This document shows positions 39,909 through 53,468 of a stretch of DNA of 64,000 nt, piece after piece (the first letter of the stretch is position 1; the number at the start of each line of letters is the position of its first letter). The stretch is from positions 186,001-250,000 of the forward strand of contig RSEE01000053.1 of assembly GCA_003971905.1 (NCBI GenBank). The letters are read 5' to 3'. The notes beneath the pieces are model-generated. The model saw only the letters and a program-made list of their open reading frames with translations, searched no databases and was not told the DNA's origin. The DNA comes from Moniliella sp. 'wahieum' (lineage: Eukaryota). A program made the position numbers and the translations under genes.

Positions 39909-42900
39909 ATGGGCGCTTCTTCCGCCTCCGCCCCCGCCTCCGCCCCCGCCAGCCTCACCCCCGGCCATCCCCAGTCCCAGCCGCCGCCCTCGCCTTCTCG
40001 CCCTCCTTCCCGCCTCGCCCGCCAGCCTTCCGCCCGATCTGTCCGCTCCGCCCGCTCCGCAATCAGCGTCGGCACCACCGCCGCCCGGGGCGAAGGCAGG
40101 ACTTGGTCCCCCTGGGCTTCCTTGTCCGCCACTCCCTCCTCGCCCCGCCCTCCTACGTTGTCTCGTCCCAGGCCACCCGCGTGGCCTCGCGCGCCGCCGG
40201 GCGCCGCATCAGCCTCACACCCGCAGCTCTCGACGACCTCAATGCCGTGCTGGACGAGGCGGTCCTGCGCATCGTACTCGGCGCCCGCAGTCTTAGCCAC
40301 GAACGCATCCGCACCAATGGTGTTGTTCCCCTGCTGCGCCACCCTCCTGCCGAGGCGGATCAGATGGACATCGGCCAAGGCCACCTTTTCCCGCGAGCTG
40401 TTGACGATGCTGAGATGGCGCTCAAGACACATGAGGCTCAACTCCCTCGCTCTACACGTGGATTTGCGCCGCTCGGCCTCGCTGCTGCCAGCCGCTGGGA
40501 TGGGGGGGAAACGTTCCCTGTTGCTGGCTCCTATGCTGCTGTACGTTTGCGCCTGACGATGCCCCTCTCCTCGCTTGCCTTTCTGACATGTTGTTCTTGT
40601 CTGCTTATTTTCCCCAGTTGCGGCAACAGGCATGGTACTATTGCCCCTTGGCTCGACCCCACAAAGGCCACAAAAAGAGTCCCTCCGATCCGCCTCCTCC
40701 TCCCCGGGACACGCGCATCCCTGTCTTTCCCGTGTCCTCCGCAGCAGCATCCACCCCACCCCTCTCTTCCACATTAGCTTCCGCCCATGCCTCAGCTGCG
40801 CAGGCCCCTCCATATCAGGGCGGGAACAGACGGCTTTTGTACACCTCACCCCTCAGGCCAGCGTTTTTGTCGGAGCCATCTTAGGCAGGAATGGGCCAAG
40901 CAATGGTTGCTGCGGTGGGCGAATGCGTATCTGAGCGTACCGTGATGCGGTCCGACTTGGATATTATCTCGTCCGGAACAGGATCTGGGTCGGACTCGGA
41001 CTCGATCCAATCCATTGACCTAGGCTTGCGTCGGAGCACGCGGGGCCAGCCGACCTTGCTACTGCCCTGTCTATCCTGTCCTCCTCCACCAGCCCGTTTT
41101 TCTGGCCTTGATACGGCACGCAAGATTATGGGCTTGGAACCCCTTTTGCTCGACGGACACACCTCTTCACGCACTTCTTCGGCTCAGGTTCGCCCCGTCA
41201 AAGATTCACTGGATATGGCTCCCTCGTCTCCCAGCATATACTCTACCACGTCCGGATACCCTTCCACTGGATTGGTAAGACCCGACTCGGCCATGTCCCG
41301 TGCCGTTTCCCTCAACTCAACCTTGGACGACAGGGAGCTCGCCATCCCTCTGGTTGACAATGACCCCGAGTCCATCGCGCCTTCGCACTCGCCCGCGCCG
41401 CCATCCAGTTTTGTCTTCCCCCCTCCGCCACGGGGGCTCGTCGAAGAGCCTCCAGTTCGACACTGGACTCTGACGCGACAAGTCGAGTTGCCGGATTTTG
41501 CTAGCAAACTTTTGGGCCTGCGCCCCCTCGCGCAGATCCAGCGCCGACTCAACCGACTCGGTTTCCATCTTTCGCCACATTGGCGCACTGCGATCTACCT
41601 CGGCCCTCTCCAACCGACCCGACGCACCCATAGCCCAGTCGCCTGCCCCCCGCCCCACAGTGGCCGAACCCGCTCGGCCAGCTCTGCAAGTATCACGCTG
41701 CGCACTCACTCGAGAGAGTCGACGCGAGACTGGACTGAGCCGGGGTCCGAATTGGAGGGCGCCGCATTTGATGCCCTCCTTGCCACTCCGACGGTGCATG
41801 TGAGCTTAACCCCTGCCTCGCTCGGGCGCGCCTGGGCCGCTGGGATCTTCCCCCTCTGCCTCGAGGCTTCCTCTCTTCAATCAGGGAGCTCGGCGAGCAC
41901 CGTGCGTGCCCGTTCCCACGCACCACCACCAAGCTCCTACTCATTTCGCTCAGGGGAGGAGTCTCCTGTGCCTCCCAGACGGAGTGTACGCAATTTAGAC
42001 TTGACTGGTGCCCGTGGTGGGCGTTCAGACGGACTCCTGACTCCGGCTACAGCTGCATTTTCCTCCAGTCCGGGGAGTGACTCTTCTTTCAAGTTTACCG
42101 GGGTGGCGGGATTGGAGATCCAGTCACCTTTGCCCCCTGCTCTACCTCCCTCACAGCCCCGCTCCGGGGGCAAGCCTGGACCCGAACCAGGTAGGCGTTG
42201 CCCTGTCGCCCCCCGACGCCCCCCACGCCCGCACCAGAGTCTGCCTCCGCTACCGACTCAAACGAGGCATCTCCAACCGAGGCCCAAGCTTTGGCTGATG
42301 CAACCAAACAGAAGTTTGACTCCTTGCGGAGGGGGAAGTTTCTACCAAAGCCCCTTTGGCCGGTCCCGATCCTGCTGTCGTCCCAAGCTTTCCCCTACTC
42401 TCGCCGACGTCCGTCCTTACGGGAGGCCCGACGACAACAACCAACCCAACAGATGCCCCTTCCAAGGTTGTTCCATGGGGGTACCGGGGCCAACATGTCC
42501 GCAACCGCCAGCGCCGCTACTCGCTAGATGACGCCTCGGCCGGAGGTTGCCTCGCACCGTCCCTTGGGCTTGGGTGCGCAAAAGTTTCCACCAGTGTCTC
42601 ATCCCGGGATTAATGGTCGGGCCAGTTCAGACAGCATCAACGCAACGTCACACCTGTCTCGTCGCCTGCTACTACCAGTGCCGTTCCGCCTGATCCGCCC
42701 CGAAGCGACGAGGCCAAGGATGAGACTTCGTTGGAGCGGCCCATATCCTCGGCTGATCGGCGTAGGCCACCTTCGTCTGCATCGGGAATGCGGGGACTGC
42801 GATCCTCCCCTTCATCCCAAGCACTGGTTCAGATGCAATTGCAGCATACACTTACGGCTTTGGAGGAGATCTCGGCTTTACTCGCATCACCAGATACGGA

Positions 42901-44276
42901 TGCTCGTCAAGTGGTTGAGGACAAGATTGGCGTGATTCGACGCGAACTCCGGTCTTTGCCAAGCAACCCTCCTGCCACCGTACTTCCCTCATCCATTCCG
43001 TCCCAGTCTGCATCGGCTTCGACGGACAAGGTGCCCGGCCTGAGTGGGGGCCAGCTCCGGCGGCTGCCTCACACCTTCGACCAACAGTTCCACCCCACGG
43101 CGTGGGCCACAGAGTAGCGGTCACCGTGCCAGTATCGCTTCGGGCCCATTCGTTCTGCCTCCCCCTCACCGATGGCGACTGGACAGCAGCAGGGGAACAA
43201 CCATCGAGCTAGCATCACATCAGGTATCGTTCGCTCTGCCTCTCCCTCGCCGGGTACGACTGGAGGTACATCAGTTGGTGGAACTGGTTCTCATTTGCCT
43301 GGTTCCCTGGGCGCGGCCTTGATACCTACAGCGCCAGTGGCCGAAGGGACTCTTCACACGCTTCCAAACCGTCGATGACCTCCCCCTCAACACGGCTCGA
43401 CGGACAAAGGAGCGGGGGGTCGATGTCCCCCACCAGTGGTGCAGGCCCCACCCGCTTCACGGGGCCTCCGACCCTAAGCCCGATACCTACTCTTCTCCCG
43501 ATCCAAAGCGCATGAGCTGTCACCCATGTCCAACGCACCACCTTCTTCGACGCCAGCTTCCATTTTACTGAATTCGCCTGAGCGGCAGGGGACTCGCCCC
43601 TTATGCTCGCAGGCGCAACCAACCGGTTGTCTGTTTGGTCTTCCACCAGTGGCTCGGGGCGTACCTCGCCCTCCCTCTCCTCCCTTGTTGGTGACCCGGA
43701 TGGGGCTGCTCAAGTTCCTTCCGCCGGTATCGGCAAGCGGGTTCAATGTGGTCCGGTTCCTCAAGCGGCACTCAAAGCGCAGATTGAGCGGGACGGGCGG
43801 TACAGAACCGTGTGTTGGCCAGTCTGTTTGGGTCGACACACTCCTTCGCAAACGACGGGATCGACGGGATCGACTGGATCCTCGGTCCCAAGTTTCCCCT
43901 CTGTCTCCCGAGTACGACGGCAGGCACCAACGCCCGCTCTCGCCTCAGTACCATCTCGGCCCACTCGGTCCCCGTCACGCGGAGCAAGACCAACATCTCA
44001 CCCCCTCCGGTGGTCCCAGTCTCGACTCGACCACGTTCCAAAACGGGGAGCGAGGCGACGGAGGCGCATGCTGTCGGCGCTGGAATAAGTGGAGGAGGGG
44101 GTAAGATCCCTTCCCACCTCGGGTCCCATCCCCCCTGCACCATTCCCATTCATCTTCTCCCACCAAGGCACGAACCTCGCCCACGGTATTTGAACGGGCG
44201 GCGCGTGCGTTTGGGCCGGCCAAGCGCTGATGCTCCCGACCCAGCGCAGGTTGTCATCCTCTCATCCCCTCGTTAG
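39909..44276 (+). CDS. Large hypothetical protein with a helical (possibly histone-fold-like) N-terminal domain and a long Ser/Pro-rich tail
   Basis: Helical segment ISLTPAALDDLNAVLDEAVLRIVLGARSL...AVDDAEMALK, intron 40541-40617 (GTACGT..CTGAC..CAG), and chained overlapping ORFs to ~44276. 3' end uncertain. Confidence 0.55.
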
Positions 44277-45146
44277 GCACTGCCCTCCTCCCCCCTCTTT
44301 TGTCTATCTTATATCCCCCTCCACCCCATCTCGTCTCATCCACTTTGCGTTGTCTGCTTGGATGCCCGTTGATATGGCTCGCACGCCTCCTCCCTCACGC
44401 CCGTTCTCATTGGTCTTTTCTCTACGACCTGATAGCCGCCTACCTAACTGCCTTGTCTCTCTTTTCTTCTTTCGCCTTCTAGTATACCCCTTTTGCTGCA
44501 CCCATTCTCCCTCTCCCCCCCCCTCCCCTCCCTCCCTCTTTCTTGCAGGTAGAGCAAGCTTGAACGCGCTTCTAAAAGGGATTGCCGTCCTTGGCTTGTA
44601 ATTTCCCGTTGCCCTCGCAATGATTTTTGCTTGCTCTGTTCCGTTGGGGTCGCCAGTGGGACTAATGCGCCCCTTGAGAGATGGCGAGTAACTAGCCTAG
44701 TAGCAGCAACCCACAAGACACTGCTGCCTTTTGAGAAACTTGTAGATTCCCAGGGTATACAGCCCTTAAGAAAACCAAACAGGGGATGGATTCCTTCGTG
44801 CATACGGTGCACCCCCGACCGTTTTACAATCCTCTGCCGTGGGCCGGCCCCACCTTCGGAGGGGCCGGTCCGCATCGCCCCGGCCACTACCACTACCAAC
44901 GAGAATCCACCCGTACCAACCACAAACCATACACCTCGGCTACGAACAACAACCACGCCAAGCAATGCGGCCCGAAGCGCAAGAAATGGCATAGATTGGG
45001 GGGATGGTGTCGCCCCACCATTTTAATTGGGTCCCGCTTCGTTTGGACGCTTCACGCCAACCACTCCCTCTGCCGTCATGGGACACGTGGCGTCGGGGCC
45101 AAACAAGAGAGTCGAGGCACCGTTCCCTACTCGGACTCGAGCCCAT

Positions 45147-45676
45147 TTACTTGAGCGGATGAAGCGGCCCGCCTGGGCGCCCAGACCGGGACGGCCGTGG
45201 GCCGAGGGGAGGTAGGTCATAGCAAACTCGCCGAGGTAGTGCGCCACCATCTCGGGCTTGATCTCCACCGTGGCAAACACCTTGCCGTGTAGATGCCAAT
45301 CACCGAGCCAATCATCTCGGGCACAACAATCATGTTCCGCAGGTGGGTCTTGACGAGCGCGGGCTTCTCGTTGGGCGGAGCCTCCTGCTTGGCCTTGCGC
45401 AGCTTCTTGATCAGGCCCATAGGCTTGCGCTTGAGACCGCGCTGGAAGCGACGGCGAGCACGGCGTGGACAATGCCCATAAACTCCTCGTTGCTCAGGTC
45501 GAGCAGCTTGGAGAGCTCAATGCCACGGTAGTAGGACTTCTTGAACGTCCGGCGCGCCTTGAGGGCGGCCGCCTCAGCAGCATCGTACGAGTCCCTGCCG
45601 TAACGGTCAGCATGCGCCCAGGAAGGGGAACAGCGGGAGAGAACCCAGCATAAGCACCGGGCTGCACCACTTACAT
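45147..45676 (-). CDS. RPS15: 40S ribosomal protein S15 (uS19)
   Basis: [75 protein letters not shown]. Intron 45595-45674; three single-base homopolymer losses. Confidence 0.97.
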
Positions 45677-46238
45677 GTTGAGCTGGTTTGGTGGGCTGGG
45701 GACTCCGATGGGGCGCAGGCAACGAAGCAGCTTCGGGGGCTTCAGTGCTCAGCGGTAGGGTTACACAGACTGCGGCGAATATTGAATCAATCAGGCACAG
45801 AGGCACTGTGTCTCTACAGCGCCCTGCCCAAAAAAAGGCCAGCGCAACAAGAGCAGGGTTAGCCTTTACCCCACATGCAGCTTGCAGCCCGGCGCCCAAG
45901 TGCCAGTTATTCCACAGCTTGCTGCAGCGCATCAATCAACGCAGCAACGGGCACGGCGGGGCTTCTTCATGGCCCCACCCACTCGCGATCTGTTGACTGC
46001 TAGCGCTAATATCATGGCTACGAATACCTGCATCGGATGAAGCGCAAAGAGAGAAGCCTATTCTTTTCGGATAACGGCATCACGGGCAGTAGGAACGAAT
46101 ACGAGCGGGGGGAACGACCGGCGAGGTCATGTGCTGTGCGTGCGTCTCACCCCAAGGACGAGGCACGGTCAAGTGCGAAGATCCGACGTCAAGACAGCAC
46201 ACAGCACACGAAGGGGTGGGGTTGCACTCAACGCCAAA

Positions 46239-49200
46239 TCAGAACATGCCGCCGTACATGCCTGTGGCCTGCATGGGCATGCCCGTCGGCTGTGGCCCAA
46301 ACCCAGTGGGAGAGCAGGTGATCATACGAGGGCCCATGGCGCCCGGACCAAGGATGGGGGTGTTGTCCTCCTCTTCCTCCTTCTGAACCGTCTTGGTCTG
46401 CAGATCGGCCAACTGCTTGGCCAAATCCTTCAGCGCCGCATTGCGCGTCGCCGTCTGCTGGATCATGTAGGGCTGGACAAAGTCCGACGGGATTCCCTTG
46501 CGCCACGCAGCTCTTGAACGTAGTCTTCCTCCAGCAGCCACTCGCACGCGTAGAGCATGGCCGCGGTCGCTTCCCAGTTGCCAAGGGAGACAATGTACTC
46601 GAACAGCGACTTGGCCACCTTGACAGTGTTGGACTCGCTCGCCGTGGCAATCGCATCCTTCAGCAGACGGTCCCGCTGGGACAGGGCAATCGATTCGTCC
46701 CACAGCTTGAGGCGGTTGTACAGGTAGACTGCAATCCGGCGGAACTCGAGCAACTCGGATCCTTCAAGCCGGCGGGCGAGTTCCAACATGCAAACGATTC
46801 AACAGTGCCCAGCAAGGAACGAAGCTGCGCATGGTCTTCCTCTTCGATCAGCAAGTCGAACACGGCCTCATTCACCTCGGGAATGTCAAGCTTGAGCCCC
46901 GACAGAAGGAAGCCAGAGGCCAGAGGGAACTGGTCCGCCTTTGAGCATGCGCACCACACGTCCATGGTCCAAACGCTTGGTTGCGCCAAGCGCGACAAGA
47001 AGGTCGTTAAGGCGCAGAGGGTGCTGATGAATGTAGAAGTTGATGGACGGTAGTAAGATCTCGACGTTGGAGACGCGCGTGATCAGGTCCTTGAACCCAT
47101 CGTGGGTCAGGTCCTCCCACACCACCACCCGATCCATCGCCATCATTGCAGCCTCATCGTTCTCCGAGTCCTTGGTCAAGCAGAAGGCCGCCTCAGGGTA
47201 AAGCGCGTACTGCTCGCACATCCGCGCCACAGGAGGAAGGTTGATCCTGGACCAGTGAAGCTTGAGGTGCTCCATCAGCTTAGCGGGCTGGTACTTGGCC
47301 AGGCTCTGAGCGCATAGAGTGAAGAGGGCCTTGCTGGCGCTCTCCAGACCAAGCCCAGCCTGCAGCAGGTCCAACAGCTCGTCAAACAGTCCCAGGCGCT
47401 CGTACGCCCGGGTCAGGGCACCCAGCTCCTCCGCATGGCCTACCACAGCCAACCGGCAATCTGGGCCAACTTGTACTCGCCCTTCTTGAGACAGGCTGCG
47501 TGAACCTGCTTCCACACGGCCGTGTTTCCAGCCTTACGAGCCGCCTCGACCGCCCCCTGGTAGTCACCGAGGAAGACGAGGGTAGTGGCCAGACGGGCAT
47601 AGTTGGACACGCTGGTGAACAGCATCTTGGCCGCCTCGTAAAGCTCGTCGTTGAAGCACTTCTCTCCCACAGCAAGAAGGTCCGCCACATTGGTCATGCT
47701 CAGGAATTCTTCCATGTCCGAAGACGGTGCGCCTTGGCCAAACAGTAGGCGTACTCCGTGTCGATGAGCGGCTCGCGAGCCTTTTTGCGCGCCATCTGCA
47801 GGAAGCGAATCAACTCTTCCTCCCGTCCCGCACGCTCAGCGATCTCGATCACCTCACTAAAGTTGGATGGATCCTCGGCACGGATGTACGAGTCAATCGC
47901 ATCCTTAACCCGCAGGCCGTCGAGCTGAGCCTTGGCCAGGCGAGACCAAAGCTCAGGCTGGTCCAGCTTGTTGGCAAAGAGAGCCGCACGGTCGATGGAT
48001 ACAATGTGCTCGACCAATACGTTCATCGCGTCCAGCGGGCGTTCGGCCTTTTGATAGATCTTAAGCGCTTCTTCGTACAGCCCATTGTCGATCGTAATCT
48101 TGGCAATCTCATCCTCATCGTACCCCTGCAGCCGCTCGATCAGGCTCATGACCTTACCCTTGTCCGTCCGCACCGCCGTCAGGAGGAGAAGGTTCTGTAA
48201 CGAACGGTTGTCGCTGAACGCCGAGGGCTCGAGAATGATTTTCTCCAGCAGCTCAATCAACTCGTGGGGCAAGTCGGCCGCCATGAACGCCTTGACCGTC
48301 ACCGACACGTCCTCCGGATTGGTCGACTCAGGCACGGCAGTCGCTACGACCTGGTCGATCAATTGACGGCGGTGCACATTCTCCGACGACAGCACCTGGT
48401 CCCAGAGCGCCAAGTCACGGCGGAGGACGAGGTAGCGGGCTTGATGCTTGAACATACCGTTCTCATTCGTGACGCGAATCAGATCCTCATCACAGAAGCC
48501 CTTCGCATAAGCAATGTAGGCCAAGTACGGGTCACGCTTCTCAGAGTAGGCACCAATGGACTTGGGGTCGTAGAGGGTGTTTCCTTGAGGAATTGCTCCG
48601 GGTTGTTGTTCGTGTCAATGTAAATCTTTGCCAGCGCATTGTACAGGGCTTGGTCCGTCTCCCCTGCAGCCACACGGCTTTCGATCCAAGGCAGGATGAG
48701 CTTGAGCCGGTTACGCTTCTCCACCTCAGCGACCAAGTCCTCGATCGAGAAGTGACCAGTGACGGAGGCGAGCAAGTTTTTGATCACGCCCTCGTCACAG
48801 TCCACATCCAAGAGGGCGCCAATGACTTCGGGCGTACGCTCCGAGTTGACGCGCTGCACGTACGTCTCGATAAATTGAGGCATCATTTTCTGGTACAAAT
48901 AGAGCACCAAATCATGAACAAAGTTGAACCGGTCGCACACGATAATGAGCGGCAGCTGGTCTTGCAGCTTGGCCTCCTTGAGGAAGTTCTTGACCTTCTC
49001 GGGGTTGTAGTAGTTGGACTCGCGCGCGATGCGCTCCACCTCACGGATTTGACCAGTGCGGGTGGCGGCCTGGATGTACTTGAAGTGCACCTCAGAGTCC
49101 GTCGACAGGTTCACCACGGAGCCAAGGTAGTAGTACCTTCAAAGCTCTTGAAGCTCTCAAACATCTCGATGAGCTTAACTGGGCCCAAGAGGTCCGAGTA

Positions 49201-51307
49201 CTTGGTCGCAATTTGCACCACCACCGCTAGGTTCTGGCGAATGTTGACCTTAAGCATCTCCTTCATGCACTCGAAGCTCTGTTCGACGGTGAGTCGGCCA
49301 AAGTACTCGACGAGCCACTCCGTGTTGATCTGAGACGTGTGCACCACGACCGCTTGATATCACGAATGTCATCGTAGTGTTCAAGTGCGCGTTGGAGCAA
49401 CCCCGCCTTCTCCGCCAGGTTGGCAATGCGAGGACGGTCGTAGTGGTGAACATGTTGTTGCCCAAGATAGCGTCGGCAACCTGAGGGGCATTGACGAGGT
49501 TCATCTCGAGGAGACGCGTCTGCAAGTGGCCTTGCTCAGGCTTGTTGTCCTTGAGAGCATCGAGAAGGAATGAGGTAGCCTGTTGGATCATGTTTTGGCT
49601 CATAAAGATGTCCGTAACCCGTTCCACATCGACCAAAGGACCCGACTCATCCTGCACGAGCGTCGAGGCGAATTCGGCACTTCTCGGGGTCGCGACGGAC
49701 AATGTGCTGGAGAAGGGTGGCATAGTCGGGGGTGTAGCCCACTTGCGGGCGTAAAGGAATCTTGTCCACCTGCCCAGCTCAGCCATGGAGGCGACAACTT
49801 ATTCGGCACACATGGCCGGAGGTAGATGCTGAGCGCCAGGCTCATATCGGTAAGACGGACAATGTCACCCAGTTCCTCGGAGCACTCAATCTTTTCCTCC
49901 TTGAGCCATTTTCGAGCAGGTGTTTGCGGCCTTGCTGCAGCACCGGGCGGGCAAGCTCGAGCGATTCGTACTTGTTGAGGCTGCCGCGCTCGAGAAGGAT
50001 GCCAAAGTACTGCAGAATGGGGCTAAGATACCCTGCGCCGGGACTTGCTTGAACTTTTCAATCGTCCGGGTGTGCGGAGAATGCCGCGAGGACTGTTGGC
50101 CGCAGTTTTGGCAGCCTCCCAAACTGGCCAGAAGCGAACAAGTTGTTGAACTGCTGCACATAGAGGTCATCCGCACCAGGCAAGTTGCCTCGCGAGGCCA
50201 ACTTGAATGCGAGTTGAGTGTTGTTGAGCGTGTTAAGTGTGTACGGCACCAACGTGTTTTCGTCAGCGGCCACGGAAAGGACCTGACCTTTGCGGTTGAT
50301 GGCAATGATACCACTCATCGACTCGTATGGGGCCGAGGTGAAAACCGTCTCGCCCGAGATACGGTTCATGTAGATGCACGTGCCCGACTCGAGGTCGTAG
50401 AGATGCACAAATCCGTACTTGGTGATGAGATAGATGATCCCAAACCGTTTGCTGATTTGCATCGCTACGGGGAAGTCATTGGCCGCTTCAGGGGGGAAGA
50501 AAACGTCGACAGCCTTCTTAGCGAACGCAGGCTGACCTTGCTGGTGGTCAACCTCGACAATGTGCAAGCGGGCACCCGTAGCAGTGCGGACCGAGAAGGT
50601 GAAGAGTTTGTAAGGGTGGGAGCGTCATCCGTCTTGAGCTCGGCAAATGCAGCTGCGTGGCCCTCGATGGGCTGAGACACGTTGAGGCGCTTGTTGTAGA
50701 GCTGGATGTTGCCCTTGATCTTGAAACCGCCAGGGGCGGTGTTGCCAGGATACCAACCAGGACCATCCATTCGGAATCCGGAGTGGTGCGATAGTTGATG
50801 ATCTGGGAGCCGACGAGGGAGGCATGGCGGTCAAAGACCTTGGTCGGGTCACCCTCTACATCCATAGGCCAATGGTACACAGCGTGGGCGGTGACGAGGC
50901 CAAGTGTCGACTCGTTGATCCAGGTCCAGTAGACCACGTCCTCATTCATCACGTGGCTCTTGACCTTGGTCTTGGCTTCGATGCTGAAGATCTGGAGCTG
51001 GCGGCCGCCTTGAGAGCAAGGATGCGCTGGGTAGGGTGCATGATCGCCGAGTCGGCCGTGATGGGTCGGCGGAGGCTACGGAGAAGAAGCGGGGGACAAG
51101 GTCAGCGTGCTGCGCACAAACAAGGCGAGAGCGATACCCACACATTGGACACGTCGTTGAGGTCGACAATGATGACCGAGCCATCCTCGCGAACGCAGAC
51201 GAAGTTCTCCGACTCGAGGGTGACCGACGCAAAGGAGATGGCAGCGGAGCGACGCCCAGGCTGGTGAGCTGGACGTGCTCGGAGAAGACGATGGGCTTGT
51301 CGGCCAT
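46239..51307 (-). CDS. CHC1: Clathrin heavy chain
   Basis: [70 protein letters not shown]. Intron 51076-51141; frameshifted. Confidence 0.98.
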
Positions 51308-51714
51308 GGCGGGCGCCGTGGCAGACAGACGGGGCGGAGGGCGGAGGGAGGGGGGCGGCGGCGCCGGGGGGGTGGGGGTGGAGGGGGAAGAAGCGGGGTG
51401 GGGCGGCCGCGTAGCCGTGGCGGCAGCTGCGCACCCGCACCCGCCCGCAGGCGCCGCGCATCACACACTGGCCCTCTGCCGCCCGCGCTCCAGCCATGCT
51501 CCACGTAGAGGGTGCCCCCCCTGGCCCATTCCGCCGCGCACGGCGGAACCCGGCAGTACGTCAGCAGGCGCTGAAAGTTGAACGTCTGTGTTTAGGGCGC
51601 ACTGGCCCCCACATCCACAAGCTACTCCTGTTCACCCCCCCCCTCCTCCCTCGGGACGATGCATTGCAGAAGAGATACAGACTCAACATCCATCCACCCC
51701 CTACCCATCCCTCC

Positions 51715-53468
51715 TCAGGCCGCCGCGTCCACCCCCATGCCTCGCAGCAGCCGATCCCACTGCTCGACCGAGTCCGAGTAGAGCTGCACTCGGCTCTGCG
51801 CCAGCTGGCCCAGCACGCTCCGCAGCTCCTCCTGCTTGCCATACTCAAACAACACCGCCTCCCCCAGCACCTGCTGCGAGAAGCTCTGCAGCACCTCGTG
51901 GCTGTTGGCGGCCGCCTCCTGCAGCTCTGCGATCCGACCATCGAGCGCTGCTCCCGCATCCGCTCCACCCGCGTCCGTTCCTCATCCATCCCACGCAACG
52001 CATCCATCTGGTCCCGCAGGTAGCCTGTAATCCCAGCACCGCGCACGCCTCCATGGCCTTTTCCTTTCCCGCGGCTGGACGCGAGAGATGCGAGCCGATC
52101 GCGCTCCGTCGCGACCGAGGAGAGGTAATCCGTCAGTTCTTCAAACTCCACCTGCTTGCCTTCCCGCACGCGGAGAAGGTGCTTGTACGCATGCGCATAC
52201 GCCTGCAGTGCTTGCGCCGCCACCAAGGTATGCTCGCTGGCCCGCACGGCCTCGAGCCTCTCAAGACGGCCAAATTCGTCCAGCGAGCTGGCAAACCGAT
52301 GCAGCATACGCGTCATTCCCGTCTCCAGCTCAGCCAGGACGTCGAAAGAGCCCGACAACTCGTCATAGTGCTTGGACAAATCTGATTGCATACGACTGTT
52401 AGTCCATGCTGCTCAAACGAAACCGCGCCATACGCACCTGCTGCTCGGCCACGACTCCTGACCAAGGTGCGCTCCATCGCACCCACCCCCCTCAAACCGG
52501 TCGAGATCAGAACAGAGGGCTAAAAAGCGCTCATCCGGCTTCTTCACCTTGGTAAACGCATTCACAATGGCGTCGGACCAATTGTCAAGCAAGCCCGGTG
52601 CCTTGTTGGCATCACCTGTTGATGATAGATTGGTAGCGTGTTGAGAAGCAGATAAGTGGGCGTGCATGTCGACCGACTGGAACAAACAGGCACAGTCAGT
52701 TCTCCGCCTCCCGCCTAATCAGATGAAGCATCCCTTACCCATTCCGTTGACTCGAGAAACGAACGGAGGATGGGAGTACGCATCAGGACAGGGTGGCGAC
52801 AGACGCGCTGGAGGAAGATTTGAAGATCTTGGGTGCGGCGCTCGATAAATTCAGAGCTAAAGCGGTCGCCTGTGACGTATTCGAGGCGGTGCTTGTCCGG
52901 AAGTGGAGGGATCAGACAGGCGGGGAAATCACGATGTAAGGCATCGTGCAAAAACGCGAAGTCGCGGTACCTCCTCCTTGTCGTGATCCGCGTCTGATCA
53001 AAATGGGCCAGATTCGTCTCGGCACGAATGCCGTAAGACACGAAAGCGTCTTTGCTCTGAGTTCCCTCTGTCGTGCCCCCCCGGCTGCGGCAGCAGTCGC
53101 AGGCACGTCATTCAAGACTGACGATGAGGAGGCAGCTACAGTAGGGACAGATATGCCAAGCTTGCGTGGATCGTAGACTTGGACCATCAAGTAGCCCTGC
53201 CACGTGGGGGGCTCAATATGTTCAGCGGCCAACATTGCTCGACCGGCCCCAGGAGGCGTGGCGTAAGAGCCTGGCAAGCCATTCGCACCCTCGCCCACCA
53301 TAGCAGCAGTGATCATCTCGGGGACGGACAAGAGTGTACTGGAAACGTCGCTGGATGGGCCGGCGGGGTCGGATAAGGGGCGTCGTCGGCGGACACCCTC
53401 GAGGTGGCGGGTTGATCCTGGTCGTCGTCCCATCGGATGGACATGAATGGCTCGTCGGGCTCGGCCAT
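51715..53468 (-). CDS. SNX4: Sorting nexin 4 / Atg24 (PX-BAR)
   Basis: PX motif RRRYRDFAFLH..LHRDFPACLIPPLPDKHRLEYVTGDRFSSEFIERR and BAR segment NAFTKVKKPDERF...KQVEFEELTDYL. Introns 52677-52738 and ~52382-52437. Confidence 0.93.

Noticed and set aside
46239..53468. CHC1-SNX4 as a functional trafficking gene cluster
   Set aside because: Two adjacent housekeeping genes are easily explained by chance, and no synteny data are available here.
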